Assembly: GCA_050633245.1 (NCBI GenBank)
Contig: JBOEGD010000037.1
Span: 1 to 38,879, forward strand
Source of the DNA: Calditrichia bacterium
GTDB lineage: Bacteria; Calditrichota; Calditrichia; RBG-13-44-9; J075
Length of the DNA: 38,879 nucleotides
Direction: 5' to 3'
The notes beneath the pieces were generated by a model. It ran no database searches. It worked only from the letters and a program-made list of their open reading frames with translations, and was not told where the DNA came from. Of the stretch, positions 27,908-37,014 are shown piece after piece. Position numbers and translations under genes: made by a program. Position 1 is the first letter of the stretch; each line of letters opens with the position of its first letter.

Positions 27908-28905
27908 TAGGCTGTTATCTCTTTTTTGCTTTTCCGTTTTGTCAACTCCACTTTACCTACATATTGCGCCTCGCTTTGCTCAATTTTCTGAATAAACAAT
28001 GCCAGGTCGGCAGATTTTTTTATTCTCAAATCAAACTCAACTATCGCGGTGCCATCTTCTTGCTGAATAACTTGACCTACCTGCCAGCGTGATGTGTTCG
28101 CTTCCAATATCGGAAATGCAGAACGCTGGGCAATATCTACTTTCGTGGTATGAATACGCAGCTGTGCATTAAATGGCTTTTCGCCTTTGGCACCAGACAT
28201 TGCAATTGTTGGCTGCAGAGTTCCACTCACGCCAAGCAGCTGTCCGGATTCGTCAGTCTCAACCAGCGTCCAGCCATCGATGACCGCCGGAGTTGCCCCA
28301 ATATTCGAGCGCCAGACGCCCAGCGCAATAGCGTTGAATATCACGGATGCGATTAAAGCCGTAAGCAAAAGGTGAATTCCAGCTGATAAACCAATTCCAA
28401 TCGTAATAAACATGTAGACGGCGTCCATTGGCTCGTCAAGCGAGGTGCGGAAGCGAACCGCTGCCACGATTCCCGCAAGACTAAAGGCCAGCGCAAGGCT
28501 GCCTTTCACAAGGAATACAACCAGCGCAATGGCTATCGGAACAACCAGCAACGTATGAGCAAATGCCTGGCTGTAGCGCTTACGCGGACGCGTCCAATGA
28601 TAGACCCAGGTAACTGGAAGAGTAACAGTGAAAGCTGCAATAAGCGCCATTAAAACCGGAACGGTAACTTCTGGATTCATCATTTGATTAACCATGCTGC
28701 TATCGAAGTTTTCGATACTGACGGGAGTACCAGCTGCTCCAGCCTGTGGCGTAAGGTCCAGCCCGGGGCCGGATGCATATCGCTCTCTTTCAAGGTAGAT
28801 ATAGTAGGGAATCTTGGGAAATAACATGAACAGACCATTAAAAAATGCCGTTGTAGAAACATAATAGAGCACGAGTCTGACAATAATATTATCGAGAATT
28901 TTCAT
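27907..28905 (-). CDS. DUF4956 domain membrane protein
   Basis: GSLALAFSLAGIVAAVRFRTSLDEPMDAVYMFITIGIGLSAG; start MKILDN at 28905 avoids overlap with the upstream gene; TAATG coupling to the downstream gene. Confidence 0.88.
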   Translation of the reverse strand: MKILDNIIVRLVLYYVSTTAFFNGLFMLFPKIPYYIYLERERYASGPGLDLTPQAGAAGTPVSIENFDSSMVNQMMNPEVTVPVLMALIAAFTVTLPVTWVYHWTRPRKRYSQAFAHTLLVVPIAIALVVFLVKGSLALAFSLAGIVAAVRFRTSLDEPMDAVYMFITIGIGLSAGIHLLLTALIASVIFNAIALGVWRSNIGATPAVIDGWTLVETDESGQLLGVSGTLQPTIAMSGAKGEKPFNAQLRIHTTKVDIAQRSAFPILEANTSRWQVGQVIQQEDGTAIVEFDLRIKKSADLALFIQKIEQSEAQYVGKVELTKRKSKKEITA

Positions 28906-28924
28906 CTTTGAGCCTTTGTGTTTC

Positions 28925-31606
28925 TTAAAACATAAATCCGGTGTCGAAGTAAATTCCGGTTCTTTCATCGCTGTTCATTATGGACAGGCTGAATGTCTGA
29001 CGCTTATTGAGCAAAGAAAGCCATAACCCGCCACCAACACCGCGATGCCAAGGTCCGGAGTTCCGCTTTAGTTTACCGACAAAAACGCGACCGGTATCGA
29101 TGCCTCCAAGAACTCCAATAGTGCCAGGGACCAATAACGTAATCGGAAATAACTTTGCTCGCAGTTCAGCTGTGCCGCTAATGGCAAGATCTCCGGCAAA
29201 GCGGTTGCGGCTAAAACCACGCAGCGTATTGCTGCCGCCGATAAATGCAGCCTCATGAAAGGGGAAATCTCCCCATACCTTTTCTGCTCCAACTCGTAGA
29301 GCCAGCGTTGCCGGAAAACTCGGCGTAAGATAAGTTGCCAGCGAGGTTTTAAAATTACTGAAAGAGGATTCTACATCCCATATGCCGGGATAAAAAGCAG
29401 CGGATGTTTGAAGCAGATAACCTTTTGTTGGAAATCCCGCATGGTCTCGTCCATCGAGAATAAGCTGTCCCTGAAGGCCTGCCTGCCCAAAATTGTCCAG
29501 ACCATATAGCGTTGGAAAAATACTGCCTACGAACTGGGTTGAATTTTCTGCAAGCGACGCTTTTGCATAGCGAATTTTTAGTCCAATGTGGGCACTGAAC
29601 TCTGGTCGGAAAGATTCTTTCGCACCATGATGCGCGCCGTGGTTAACACCGGAGCGATAGGCAAACCCCGGCTCGACTAAAAGCTCCTGCTGCTCGACAT
29701 CGTAAAAGGATCTATCTTCAACCAGAACTGTTTTATTCCCAAAGCCGTGAAAGCGCAACACGTTTATTGCAGAATACTCCAGGTGAATCGTCAAATCGAT
29801 ATTCGGCATAACTTCGCGATATATGTCGCTATAACTTAGCTCTGGCTCCCAGCCGTCTGAAGCAATAGCTGCGCGGAATTTGTGAAAAGAGGCGAACGGT
29901 GTTTTGCGGAATCCGTATATTTCGCGACTACGCTGAATGCCCATAAATACGTTTAAGTCCGGGTCAATCTGCAAGATTGGCACGGTTGAAACAAATTTCC
30001 CCCAGTCTAATGCGTGGCGATCGTTTGGCTCCTTCGCAGCAGGGCGTTTAAATTTTCGGTTGGTGTAATGTGCATTTCCATCGATGAGTTGATTGCTGCC
30101 CTTTGAGTCGTAGATGTATACTTTTGAGCTATTGCTCTTCGAGCTGTTGCGATAGGTGTCATCTCCACCGCCTCCATCAATATTGATCTTTATCTTGCCT
30201 TTCGCGCCAGTTACGGTAACGACATCATCTCCGCCACGCAGATAGAGCCGGACCTCTTTTGTCTCTGGGTAGATGAAGGTGCGACTAAAATATGCTGCGT
30301 CTTTTTCTTTGCCAGACTTGTCGATCTTGCCAATTAAGACGCTCAGGGTTCCATTATTGCTATAGTGGAAGTCGGCATATTCTCGTTTGTCAGTTGCCAG
30401 AATATCTACCTGTTTATTGAGCAGCTTGTAATAACCTTGTGCGAATTCTCCCAGCTTATCCCTTCTCGATTTCAGGTTTATTGCCAACCTTGCACCGACT
30501 ACATCGTAGAAGGCCGTTGGCAATTGTTGGCAGGCGTCATCGATTACTTCATCTGTTAGTTCGCTCTGAAGTTCAGCTGAAAGCTCTTCCCATGCATCTT
30601 TGCTGAGTTCAGACATAAACTCTCTGTCAATTTCCCAGGCGGTGCGAGTGAGGCCTTCCTGATTTGGAAAATCGGCCTCAAATTTAATGGATTTTGGGAT
30701 GGCCAATCTCGCAAGGGTCATCGCGGCACCATCGAGATCGATAAAGGCCTGATCGCGATCTTCTGGTATTGGCACCCACTTGTAATTTTTTCCATCGGGA
30801 AAGCGCGCCCATCGCCACTGTCCAAAGTGGCGATCTTTGTCATTAATTAATATATCAAACAGGCGGGCCTTTAAATACGCTCGAGCATCGATACGGTTTT
30901 TTGGGCTTTTTTCCAACTTTTCCCACATTTTTTCTGTGCCGCTGATACTTCGCGAACCGGCAAAGCCAGGTTGCTTATCGGGTAGCTCTGATGGATGCAT
31001 TTGTAACGTGCCGGGAAGCCCGGCAAATTCTTCGCGAAATTTACCTAGGCGCGGGTCATCGGGAATAATCACCAAAGTGTGTGGAGAGTGTAGGATGCCT
31101 GCCGCTTTCATTAGCGGATCTGTTACGAGTCCTGCAGTGGGAAGCAAAGCGCTTATTTGGTCTTGCAAAACGTCTTCTACGACTGTTTGCTTCAGGGAAA
31201 CGTCTAAACGTTTAGTCGGATCTTTATCCAAAGAGCGGACTGTATAGCGATGGCCGTCTTCTCCGGTGAAGTGCAGCGAAATAGATTGCCCAAAGCCACC
31301 GGTACGAAGCGGCGTCAATCCATCACCCACAACATCCAGATCCAGCACCGGAACTTCAAGTGGCATTGTCCAAAGCGAGCGATAGTCTTTACCAAGTAGC
31401 CAGGAACGAAAGCTATTGACTTCAAATCGAGCACCCAGCTTAACCACATGCGTTGTTGCCCCCTGTGGCGGTGGGGAGCGATGGATCATAGAACCAGGCG
31501 CAGGCAGATTTTCCTGAGCATATGCCGCCTGAGATAGCAGAAATAGGCTAAGTGAAATAGCTAAAAAAGGAACGGAACGTAATATCTGATGCAAAAATTT
31601 TGACAT
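28925..31606 (-). CDS. Omp85 (BamA/TamA-type) barrel protein with N-terminal atypical kinase-like domain and Gly/Asp beta-roll-like linker
   Basis: Signal peptide; GGFGQS loop, YTVRSLDK, DILINDKDRHFGQW and PEDRDQAF; LRGGDD and GGGGDD; Omp85 motifs IGGSNTLRGF..NRFAG, AELR and DTGRV; C-terminal GFMF. Confidence 0.85.
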   Translation of the reverse strand: MSKFLHQILRSVPFLAISLSLFLLSQAAYAQENLPAPGSMIHRSPPPQGATTHVVKLGARFEVNSFRSWLLGKDYRSLWTMPLEVPVLDLDVVGDGLTPLRTGGFGQSISLHFTGEDGHRYTVRSLDKDPTKRLDVSLKQTVVEDVLQDQISALLPTAGLVTDPLMKAAGILHSPHTLVIIPDDPRLGKFREEFAGLPGTLQMHPSELPDKQPGFAGSRSISGTEKMWEKLEKSPKNRIDARAYLKARLFDILINDKDRHFGQWRWARFPDGKNYKWVPIPEDRDQAFIDLDGAAMTLARLAIPKSIKFEADFPNQEGLTRTAWEIDREFMSELSKDAWEELSAELQSELTDEVIDDACQQLPTAFYDVVGARLAINLKSRRDKLGEFAQGYYKLLNKQVDILATDKREYADFHYSNNGTLSVLIGKIDKSGKEKDAAYFSRTFIYPETKEVRLYLRGGDDVVTVTGAKGKIKINIDGGGGDDTYRNSSKSNSSKVYIYDSKGSNQLIDGNAHYTNRKFKRPAAKEPNDRHALDWGKFVSTVPILQIDPDLNVFMGIQRSREIYGFRKTPFASFHKFRAAIASDGWEPELSYSDIYREVMPNIDLTIHLEYSAINVLRFHGFGNKTVLVEDRSFYDVEQQELLVEPGFAYRSGVNHGAHHGAKESFRPEFSAHIGLKIRYAKASLAENSTQFVGSIFPTLYGLDNFGQAGLQGQLILDGRDHAGFPTKGYLLQTSAAFYPGIWDVESSFSNFKTSLATYLTPSFPATLALRVGAEKVWGDFPFHEAAFIGGSNTLRGFSRNRFAGDLAISGTAELRAKLFPITLLVPGTIGVLGGIDTGRVFVGKLKRNSGPWHRGVGGGLWLSLLNKRQTFSLSIMNSDERTGIYFDTGFMF

Positions 31607-31872
31607 ACTTTTCTCGTAATTATTTTGACGGCTTGGATAGAGATAAGGCTGGATCCCGGTGCAACACGTTCTACTAAAACGGAAAATTTATTCGGTCAAG
31701 CTATCTAAATAGCTGAGGACTGTGAATGAATCATGATTAATACGAAAATTGCCTGTTCAGGCCTGAGTGTTAACTTCATCCATACCCCTCACTTAAATAG
31801 CTGCGATGCGAATTGTTAAAGAAGTATACAGAAGATTTAGTGTTTGCACAATAGCTGGTAGGGTAAGTGTGT

Positions 31873-31916
31873 ACACTGTAAAAGGAACTCGGTTTTCCGA
31901 GTCCCTTTTACAGTGT
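31873..31916 (-). terminator. Long hairpin terminator downstream of the porin-like gene
   Basis: Minus strand acactgtaaaagggactcgg-aaaa-ccgagttccttttacagtgt, a 20-bp stem with one G-U pair. Confidence 0.75.
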
Positions 31917-31963
31917 TGCAGGGTCTTAGTTGAATACAATGTTTACTGCGTTTCTACATCATT

Positions 31964-33232
31964 TTAGAAGGCGATGACTGATTCCAGCATAAGACCGTTA
32001 AATTTACCTTCGCTTAAAATACTGCTCGTTGGATAATCCTTATAGTCCTGCTGCATATATTCTGCTTTCGCAAGGATATTCGGGGTTAAGTACCAACCTG
32101 CACCGACCTGAAAACGAGTTACACTCACTTCATCGGGATCGCTATTGGCAAGTTTACCCTTGGCCATATTATATCGCCCACCGGCATAGAATTGCTTGTC
32201 TGCCCCAAAGCGATAAAGGAGTTCACCAGCTAATTGGTTCCAGTCTCGCGTATCGTCCGAGTCAGCAAAATCTCCACCGCTTGCGCGTTCGTATGTTCCG
32301 AAGAACTCCACGCCGCTGATACTGACAAACGGGTTAATCATAAACGCGGTTAGCTCGTCTGCAAAGCCTGGATTTACACGACCGGAGCGAAAATTATCTC
32401 TGGTAGCAACGATACTTTCCATTACGCTGTAGTATCGCGATCCGGTGCGATCGGCGCTATAAAGATAAATGCGCTCTGCGTTGCCGATAGAGTAAACGGA
32501 ACCGGTTAGACGGACACGTGCATCGTTGGCAAATGTGCGATCGAATCCCAATTTACCCAGGATTGCAACGCCGGTCTCTCCCGGATCTTTCACGTCCTGA
32601 TTTAGCTTGCCATTGCTGACACCAAGCATCACTAGCAGTCCGGTTTCCTTGTTTACATAGTATACTTCACCACCTACCTCTGTGGTAAAACCGTCCATAA
32701 GCAGATTGCCGACAAATGGGTTGTAGAATGCAGCCGCGTTGTCGGAACGACGCAAGTGCGCATCACCGTAGTTGTTCTCCATGTGGCCGACTTTAATTGT
32801 CACATAATCCATTGCGTTATCGAGAAAACCCTCTTTAACAAAGTCCAGCCGATCGACTTGAAAATACCCGCCTTTTACGTACGGCTCCGGATGGTGTCGT
32901 GAAGACATATAGGTGCGCAAAAAGGCTTTAAGCCCCCGTCCCAGCGTTACGGTCAAATCCATATTCGCAGTTGCCAGGTTAAAGTTCTTTGCCAGCTCAA
33001 TTAACTCATTGCTGTTTGCACCATTGCCGTCATCCACGAAATCGGCAGTATTCTCATGCGACAATGCCTGGTATTGCAGAGCAAATGCTCCCCCGACCTG
33101 AACCTTAACTCCGTCAAACTGCTCGTCGTTTTTTTGTGGTTCAAATTCGTTCAACATATCCGTTGATGTTTGTGCCAATCCGTCGGAAAGCATTAAAGCT
33201 AAAGTCATTAAAAAGATGATAACTTGTTTCAT
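31964..33232 (-). CDS. Porin-like outer-membrane beta-barrel hypothetical protein
   Basis: Signal peptide; amphipathic strands (RFQVGAGWYLTPNILAKAEY); terminal Phe (ESVIAF); AAGGGG RBS. Confidence 0.8.
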   Translation of the reverse strand: MKQVIIFLMTLALMLSDGLAQTSTDMLNEFEPQKNDEQFDGVKVQVGGAFALQYQALSHENTADFVDDGNGANSNELIELAKNFNLATANMDLTVTLGRGLKAFLRTYMSSRHHPEPYVKGGYFQVDRLDFVKEGFLDNAMDYVTIKVGHMENNYGDAHLRRSDNAAAFYNPFVGNLLMDGFTTEVGGEVYYVNKETGLLVMLGVSNGKLNQDVKDPGETGVAILGKLGFDRTFANDARVRLTGSVYSIGNAERIYLYSADRTGSRYYSVMESIVATRDNFRSGRVNPGFADELTAFMINPFVSISGVEFFGTYERASGGDFADSDDTRDWNQLAGELLYRFGADKQFYAGGRYNMAKGKLANSDPDEVSVTRFQVGAGWYLTPNILAKAEYMQQDYKDYPTSSILSEGKFNGLMLESVIAF

Positions 33233-33689
33233 GATAATCCCCTTTTAGGTTAGAGTAGCCTTATTTCTGCTTTCATGCGTTCTCTATTATGATTGTATTC
33301 AAATCGAATGCCAATTTTGTTGTTTTTCAACGTTGTGGAATAGCCTTGTGAAAAAAAGTACATGGAGTTGTGCCGGGCTTTGATGGTTAAGTATCTATTA
33401 ATAAGTGCTTTGTATGTATCACCGTTTGTTAACGCAATTTTTGCCATAAATTTTCCTTTTCAGCTCTCGACTTCTTCATTGAAGAAGTTCAAATGTCCAA
33501 ACAGTTTCAAATAGCCACAGAGCGTGCTCAAAAGGAAGGCTTGTGGCACCTTTTAAGTGCGTGGATCCCACAGAAAATCTCCCCAAAGCGGATTTTAGTG
33601 GCTTTCAGACGATTCCTTCCAAACAGGCATAGAAATTGTATCTCCCATCTATAGGAAACGTGAGCACATCATTCTCAAAGGAGATAAAA

Positions 33690-34289
33690 ATGCGTTGCTT
33701 AATCACATTTCTAATGCTGACCCTTGTCAGCAGCTTGTTTGCACAATCCGAAATTACTCTAAATGCCGGGGAGGGCAGTCGAATCTGGCTTGAAGGAACG
33801 TCTACACTGCATGATTGGTCTTGTGAAGCTGAAGCTTTTACGGCAGTGTTAACCAGTCCGGGAGAAAATTCCGCCGCAGTTTTGACGAATATTGCTTTTG
33901 ATATAGATGTCGTGATCCCGGTTCGTTCGATTAAAAGCTCGAAAGGCGATCGGATGGACAAGAAGATGTATGAAACGCTGAAAGAAGAGGAATACTCAGA
34001 TATTCATTACAATTTGTCGGCAGTTCGTAAGTCGAACTCTTCAATGGGCGATAAATTGATCTTTGACACCGAAGGTACATTGTCTATTGCGGGTAGCATG
34101 CAGTTAATTGCTATTCAGGTAGTTGGCGTACTTCAGGAAAATGACCAGATTCTATTTAGTGGAAGCGTTCCGCTCGACATGACAGCGTTTGGTGTGAAAC
34201 CTCCGAAAATGATGTTGGGAACGCTTCGCACCAATAAAAATATCGTGGTTCATTTTGAACTAAACATGACTGTCGCGGAGACGAAGTAA
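33690..34289 (+). CDS. YceI family lipid/polyisoprenoid-binding protein
   Basis: Signal peptide; SRIWLEGTSTLHDW, MDKKMYETLK, GTLSIAG and LDMTAFGVKPP; AAGGAG RBS before ATG 33690. Confidence 0.9.
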   Translation: MRCLITFLMLTLVSSLFAQSEITLNAGEGSRIWLEGTSTLHDWSCEAEAFTAVLTSPGENSAAVLTNIAFDIDVVIPVRSIKSSKGDRMDKKMYETLKEEEYSDIHYNLSAVRKSNSSMGDKLIFDTEGTLSIAGSMQLIAIQVVGVLQENDQILFSGSVPLDMTAFGVKPPKMMLGTLRTNKNIVVHFELNMTVAETK

Positions 34290-34903
34290 TGAAGCGATGG
34301 ACGATTACTTTAAGCATATTGTGCTTCTTGGTTTCCTTCGGATTTTCTCAGGCAAGCCTGCATGGTGAGGGAATACGCTTTAAGGTACTGCCGCAGAGTA
34401 GTGTCGGATTTGCCGGATCATCCAATGTAAACAAGTTCTTTTGCAGCTCTGCAACAATAGATGGAAGCGGGAGCGGAATTTTGGTACAGGACAGTAGTGG
34501 CCTGCATCATTATTCCGCAGAGATCAAGCTTGTTGCTACCAGTCTGGATTGTGGCTCGGGACGCATGAATAAAGATATGTACAAAGCACTGGAAACCGAG
34601 AAACATCCGCTTATTGAGTTCGTTCTAATGGATATTCATCAGATTTCAGAACTGCCTGACGGAACGGCATTTGAAGTGGTCACTGAGGGCGTTATGACCG
34701 TTGCCGGAAAAGATGTGCAGGTAGAAATAGCCTTCATTGTGCAGGCTATTGGAAGTAATCGATATAGCATACGCGGCAGTAAGTTTGTCTCAATGCACGA
34801 CTTCGATATTGAACCTCCTCGCGCGTTGTTTGGATTGATTAGAGCCAAAGACAAATTAGAAGTGCGTTTTGATATTGTGGCTGAAATGCTTAAGTCAGAG
34901 TAA
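34289..34903 (+). CDS. YceI family protein (second paralogue)
   Basis: Signal peptide; GSSNVNKFFC, LDCG..RMNKDMYKALETEKHPLIEF, GVMTVAG and MHDFDIEPP; TAATG coupling. Confidence 0.9.
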   Translation: MKRWTITLSILCFLVSFGFSQASLHGEGIRFKVLPQSSVGFAGSSNVNKFFCSSATIDGSGSGILVQDSSGLHHYSAEIKLVATSLDCGSGRMNKDMYKALETEKHPLIEFVLMDIHQISELPDGTAFEVVTEGVMTVAGKDVQVEIAFIVQAIGSNRYSIRGSKFVSMHDFDIEPPRALFGLIRAKDKLEVRFDIVAEMLKSE

Positions 34904-34917
34904 TTAAACGAGGCGTT

Positions 34918-35928
34918 TTAAAGCAGCGATTGTCGATAGTCTTTTGGTGACTTGCCTATCCAGCGTTTAAAGGAGCGGGTAAAGCTACTGGTGTCGGCAT
35001 AACTGAGCAGATATGCGATTTCACCGATACTTAGTTCCGGACGTTTTAAATAGCCGACAGCGAATTCCATACGCAAATCGTTTAGAAGCTGCTTATAGGT
35101 TGCCCCCTCATCCTGTAGCCTGCGCTGTAGCGTACGTGGACTTAGATTGAGGTGTCCTGCAACCTGTTCAATCGTCGGAAATGCCGGTTTTACCAGAGCG
35201 ATAACCGATTGCTTAACCTGGGCTGTAAAGCCTAATTCCTGCGCCAGTTGAGCCGACTTCTCTTCGGCATGTGCAACAAGTATGCGTAGCAGGTTGAAGT
35301 CTGAGGTAACGATTTTGGACTCTATATGAGCTTTCTCGAAAAAGACCGCAATATCATTCTGTTCATATTTTATCGGACAAGCAAGAACGCGCTCTAATTC
35401 TAATGTGCTTGGCGGTCGTTCCCAAGGCAGGTGAATTTTCAGCGGATAGTGCTGCTGCAATAGAAGCGCATGAAATTCCCTTATGGTAAAGGCCAACATT
35501 CCTTCGGCGGTATGCCGCACGGCCAGTGGTGATTGTTCACGCCACAGTCTCTGCGGCGTCATTGTTAGTTTGTACGTTTTAACTTCCTCGAGTAGCTGCA
35601 TCGGTAGTGCACTACATCCCAAATTGGCAAATTGGCAACAGTATTCCAATGCCTGCTTGACCGTTTCACTGGTCTGACTGATCTGGGCAATAAGCCCCGC
35701 CGCGGCCAGATTCATATTTTCTCCGGCATGTAGACCGAAAAAATCATCTCCGGTTCTCTCAACAGCCAGTTCAATAACTGAATTGTATACCGCATCTTCT
35801 ATAAAACAGTTTTCAGCGCACAGTTCCTCCAAAGACCTCCCGCTTAGCGCGATTAGTTCATTTAAATTCGCTCCTTGTTTGGAAGCGAAATGAGCAATGT
35901 TTGCGATAAATCTTCCGGTAAAGGCCAT
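34918..35928 (-). CDS. AraC family regulator (Arabinose_bd_2 / OruR-VirS type)
   Basis: ERTGDDFFGLHAG N-domain; IEQVAGHLNLSPRTLQRRLQDEG...IGEIAYLLSYADTSSFTRSFKRWIGKSPKDYR. Confidence 0.93.
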   Translation of the reverse strand: MAFTGRFIANIAHFASKQGANLNELIALSGRSLEELCAENCFIEDAVYNSVIELAVERTGDDFFGLHAGENMNLAAAGLIAQISQTSETVKQALEYCCQFANLGCSALPMQLLEEVKTYKLTMTPQRLWREQSPLAVRHTAEGMLAFTIREFHALLLQQHYPLKIHLPWERPPSTLELERVLACPIKYEQNDIAVFFEKAHIESKIVTSDFNLLRILVAHAEEKSAQLAQELGFTAQVKQSVIALVKPAFPTIEQVAGHLNLSPRTLQRRLQDEGATYKQLLNDLRMEFAVGYLKRPELSIGEIAYLLSYADTSSFTRSFKRWIGKSPKDYRQSLL

Positions 35929-35953
35929 AATTCAATCTACAGCATTTCTGAGC

Positions 35954-35990
35954 TGGCGTCAAATGACAATTTTTTGGCGCGGGCTGATTA
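35954..35990 (+). promoter_or_regulatory. Probable AraC operator: direct repeat with 21-bp period
   Basis: TGGCGtcaaaTGAcaa (35954) and TGGCGcgggcTGAtta (35975) between the divergent genes. Confidence 0.6.
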
Positions 35991-36049
35991 CTCTTTAGAA
36001 GCGAAAGTCTTTACCTTTTTTACAGACAGAATAAGGGAAAGGAAAAGGA

Positions 36050-36520
36050 ATGAAGAGAATTACGACAGAAACGATCATTAATGCCCCGGCTAAACTTGTC
36101 TGGCAGGTGCTGACAGATTTCGATAAGTATTCGAAGTGGAATCCATTTATGACGTCGGTGTCGGGTCTGGCAATGGTTGGTTCTGAAATAATAGTTTCTA
36201 TTCAACCGCCAAATAGCAGACCAATGATATTCAAGCCGCGTGTTTTGGCACTAACGCCCGAACTAGAGCTGCGATGGAAGGGCAAGATGTTTTTCTCCGG
36301 GTTGTTCGATGGCGAACATTATTTTCAGCTTAACAAGCGCGGAGAATTTCAAACGCAGCTAATTCACGGTGAAAATTTCACCGGGGTATTGTCAGGCCTT
36401 CTGCTGCATTTCATAGGCGAAAACACCCGAAAAGGTTTTATCGGTATGAATGAAGCACTTAAAAATCAATCAGAGGAAATATTCAAAGGAGTTCATAATG
36501 AAAACCGCACCGTTGCGTAA
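36050..36520 (+). CDS. SRPBCC (START-like / polyketide cyclase) domain protein
   Basis: INAPAKLVWQVLTDFDKYSKWNPF, LFDGEHYF and MNEALK. Confidence 0.9.
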   Translation: MKRITTETIINAPAKLVWQVLTDFDKYSKWNPFMTSVSGLAMVGSEIIVSIQPPNSRPMIFKPRVLALTPELELRWKGKMFFSGLFDGEHYFQLNKRGEFQTQLIHGENFTGVLSGLLLHFIGENTRKGFIGMNEALKNQSEEIFKGVHNENRTVA

Positions 36521-36878
36521 TGTATTAAAAACCAATGCCGGTTTTAGCTTAATGAGTGGATTGGCGATGACGTTTATGGCAGAACAGGTTGCCGGCTGGC
36601 TGGGAATAGCACCGCATATAGCGGTTCCAATAGTGGGGATCGGACTGATTCTTTTTGCTGCGAGTGTCTATTTTACGGCAACACGTGATCCTCTTCCGGC
36701 AGGACAAGTTAAGTTTATCATCATTCAGGACTGGCTTTGGGTGGCCGGAAGCGCGCTTGTCATTTTGCTGAACCCATTTGGTTTCAGCAGTGCAGGGCTA
36801 TGGATTACCGGAATTGTTGCATTGATTGTGATGATGTTTGCTATCGGGCAAAAGAATTGGTTGAAGGCGTCTTCCTAA
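36498..36878 (+). CDS. Small 4-TM hypothetical membrane protein
   Basis: ATG 36498 after AAGGAG; four hydrophobic segments; NAGFS and QDWLWVAGS motifs. Confidence 0.75.
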   Translation: MKTAPLRNVLKTNAGFSLMSGLAMTFMAEQVAGWLGIAPHIAVPIVGIGLILFAASVYFTATRDPLPAGQVKFIIIQDWLWVAGSALVILLNPFGFSSAGLWITGIVALIVMMFAIGQKNWLKASS

Positions 36879-37014
36879 GGGGTTGATGGCTGGAATTAAT
36901 GCAGAGATAAACTTGCGAAAGAAGCCAAAAAGCATTATTTGTAAAATGCAACTTACTTGGCTGGTAGTCGTTTGGATAGGTAACAAGAATCCTCCTACCA
37001 GACAGAGATATCGA

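Noticed and set aside
33250-33447. 65-aa minus-strand ORF upstream of the porin
   Set aside because: It has a possible AGGA RBS but no recognisable features and lies across the probable promoter region; unsupported.
33544-33560. TGGCAC...GTGC as a sigma54 promoter for the YceI genes
   Set aside because: GG-to-GC spacing is 12 rather than 10 and the -12 match is poor.
36883-37014. N-terminal extension of the ankyrin protein
   Set aside because: The lipoprotein signal peptide begins at ATG 37015, so the upstream in-frame stretch is probably untranslated.
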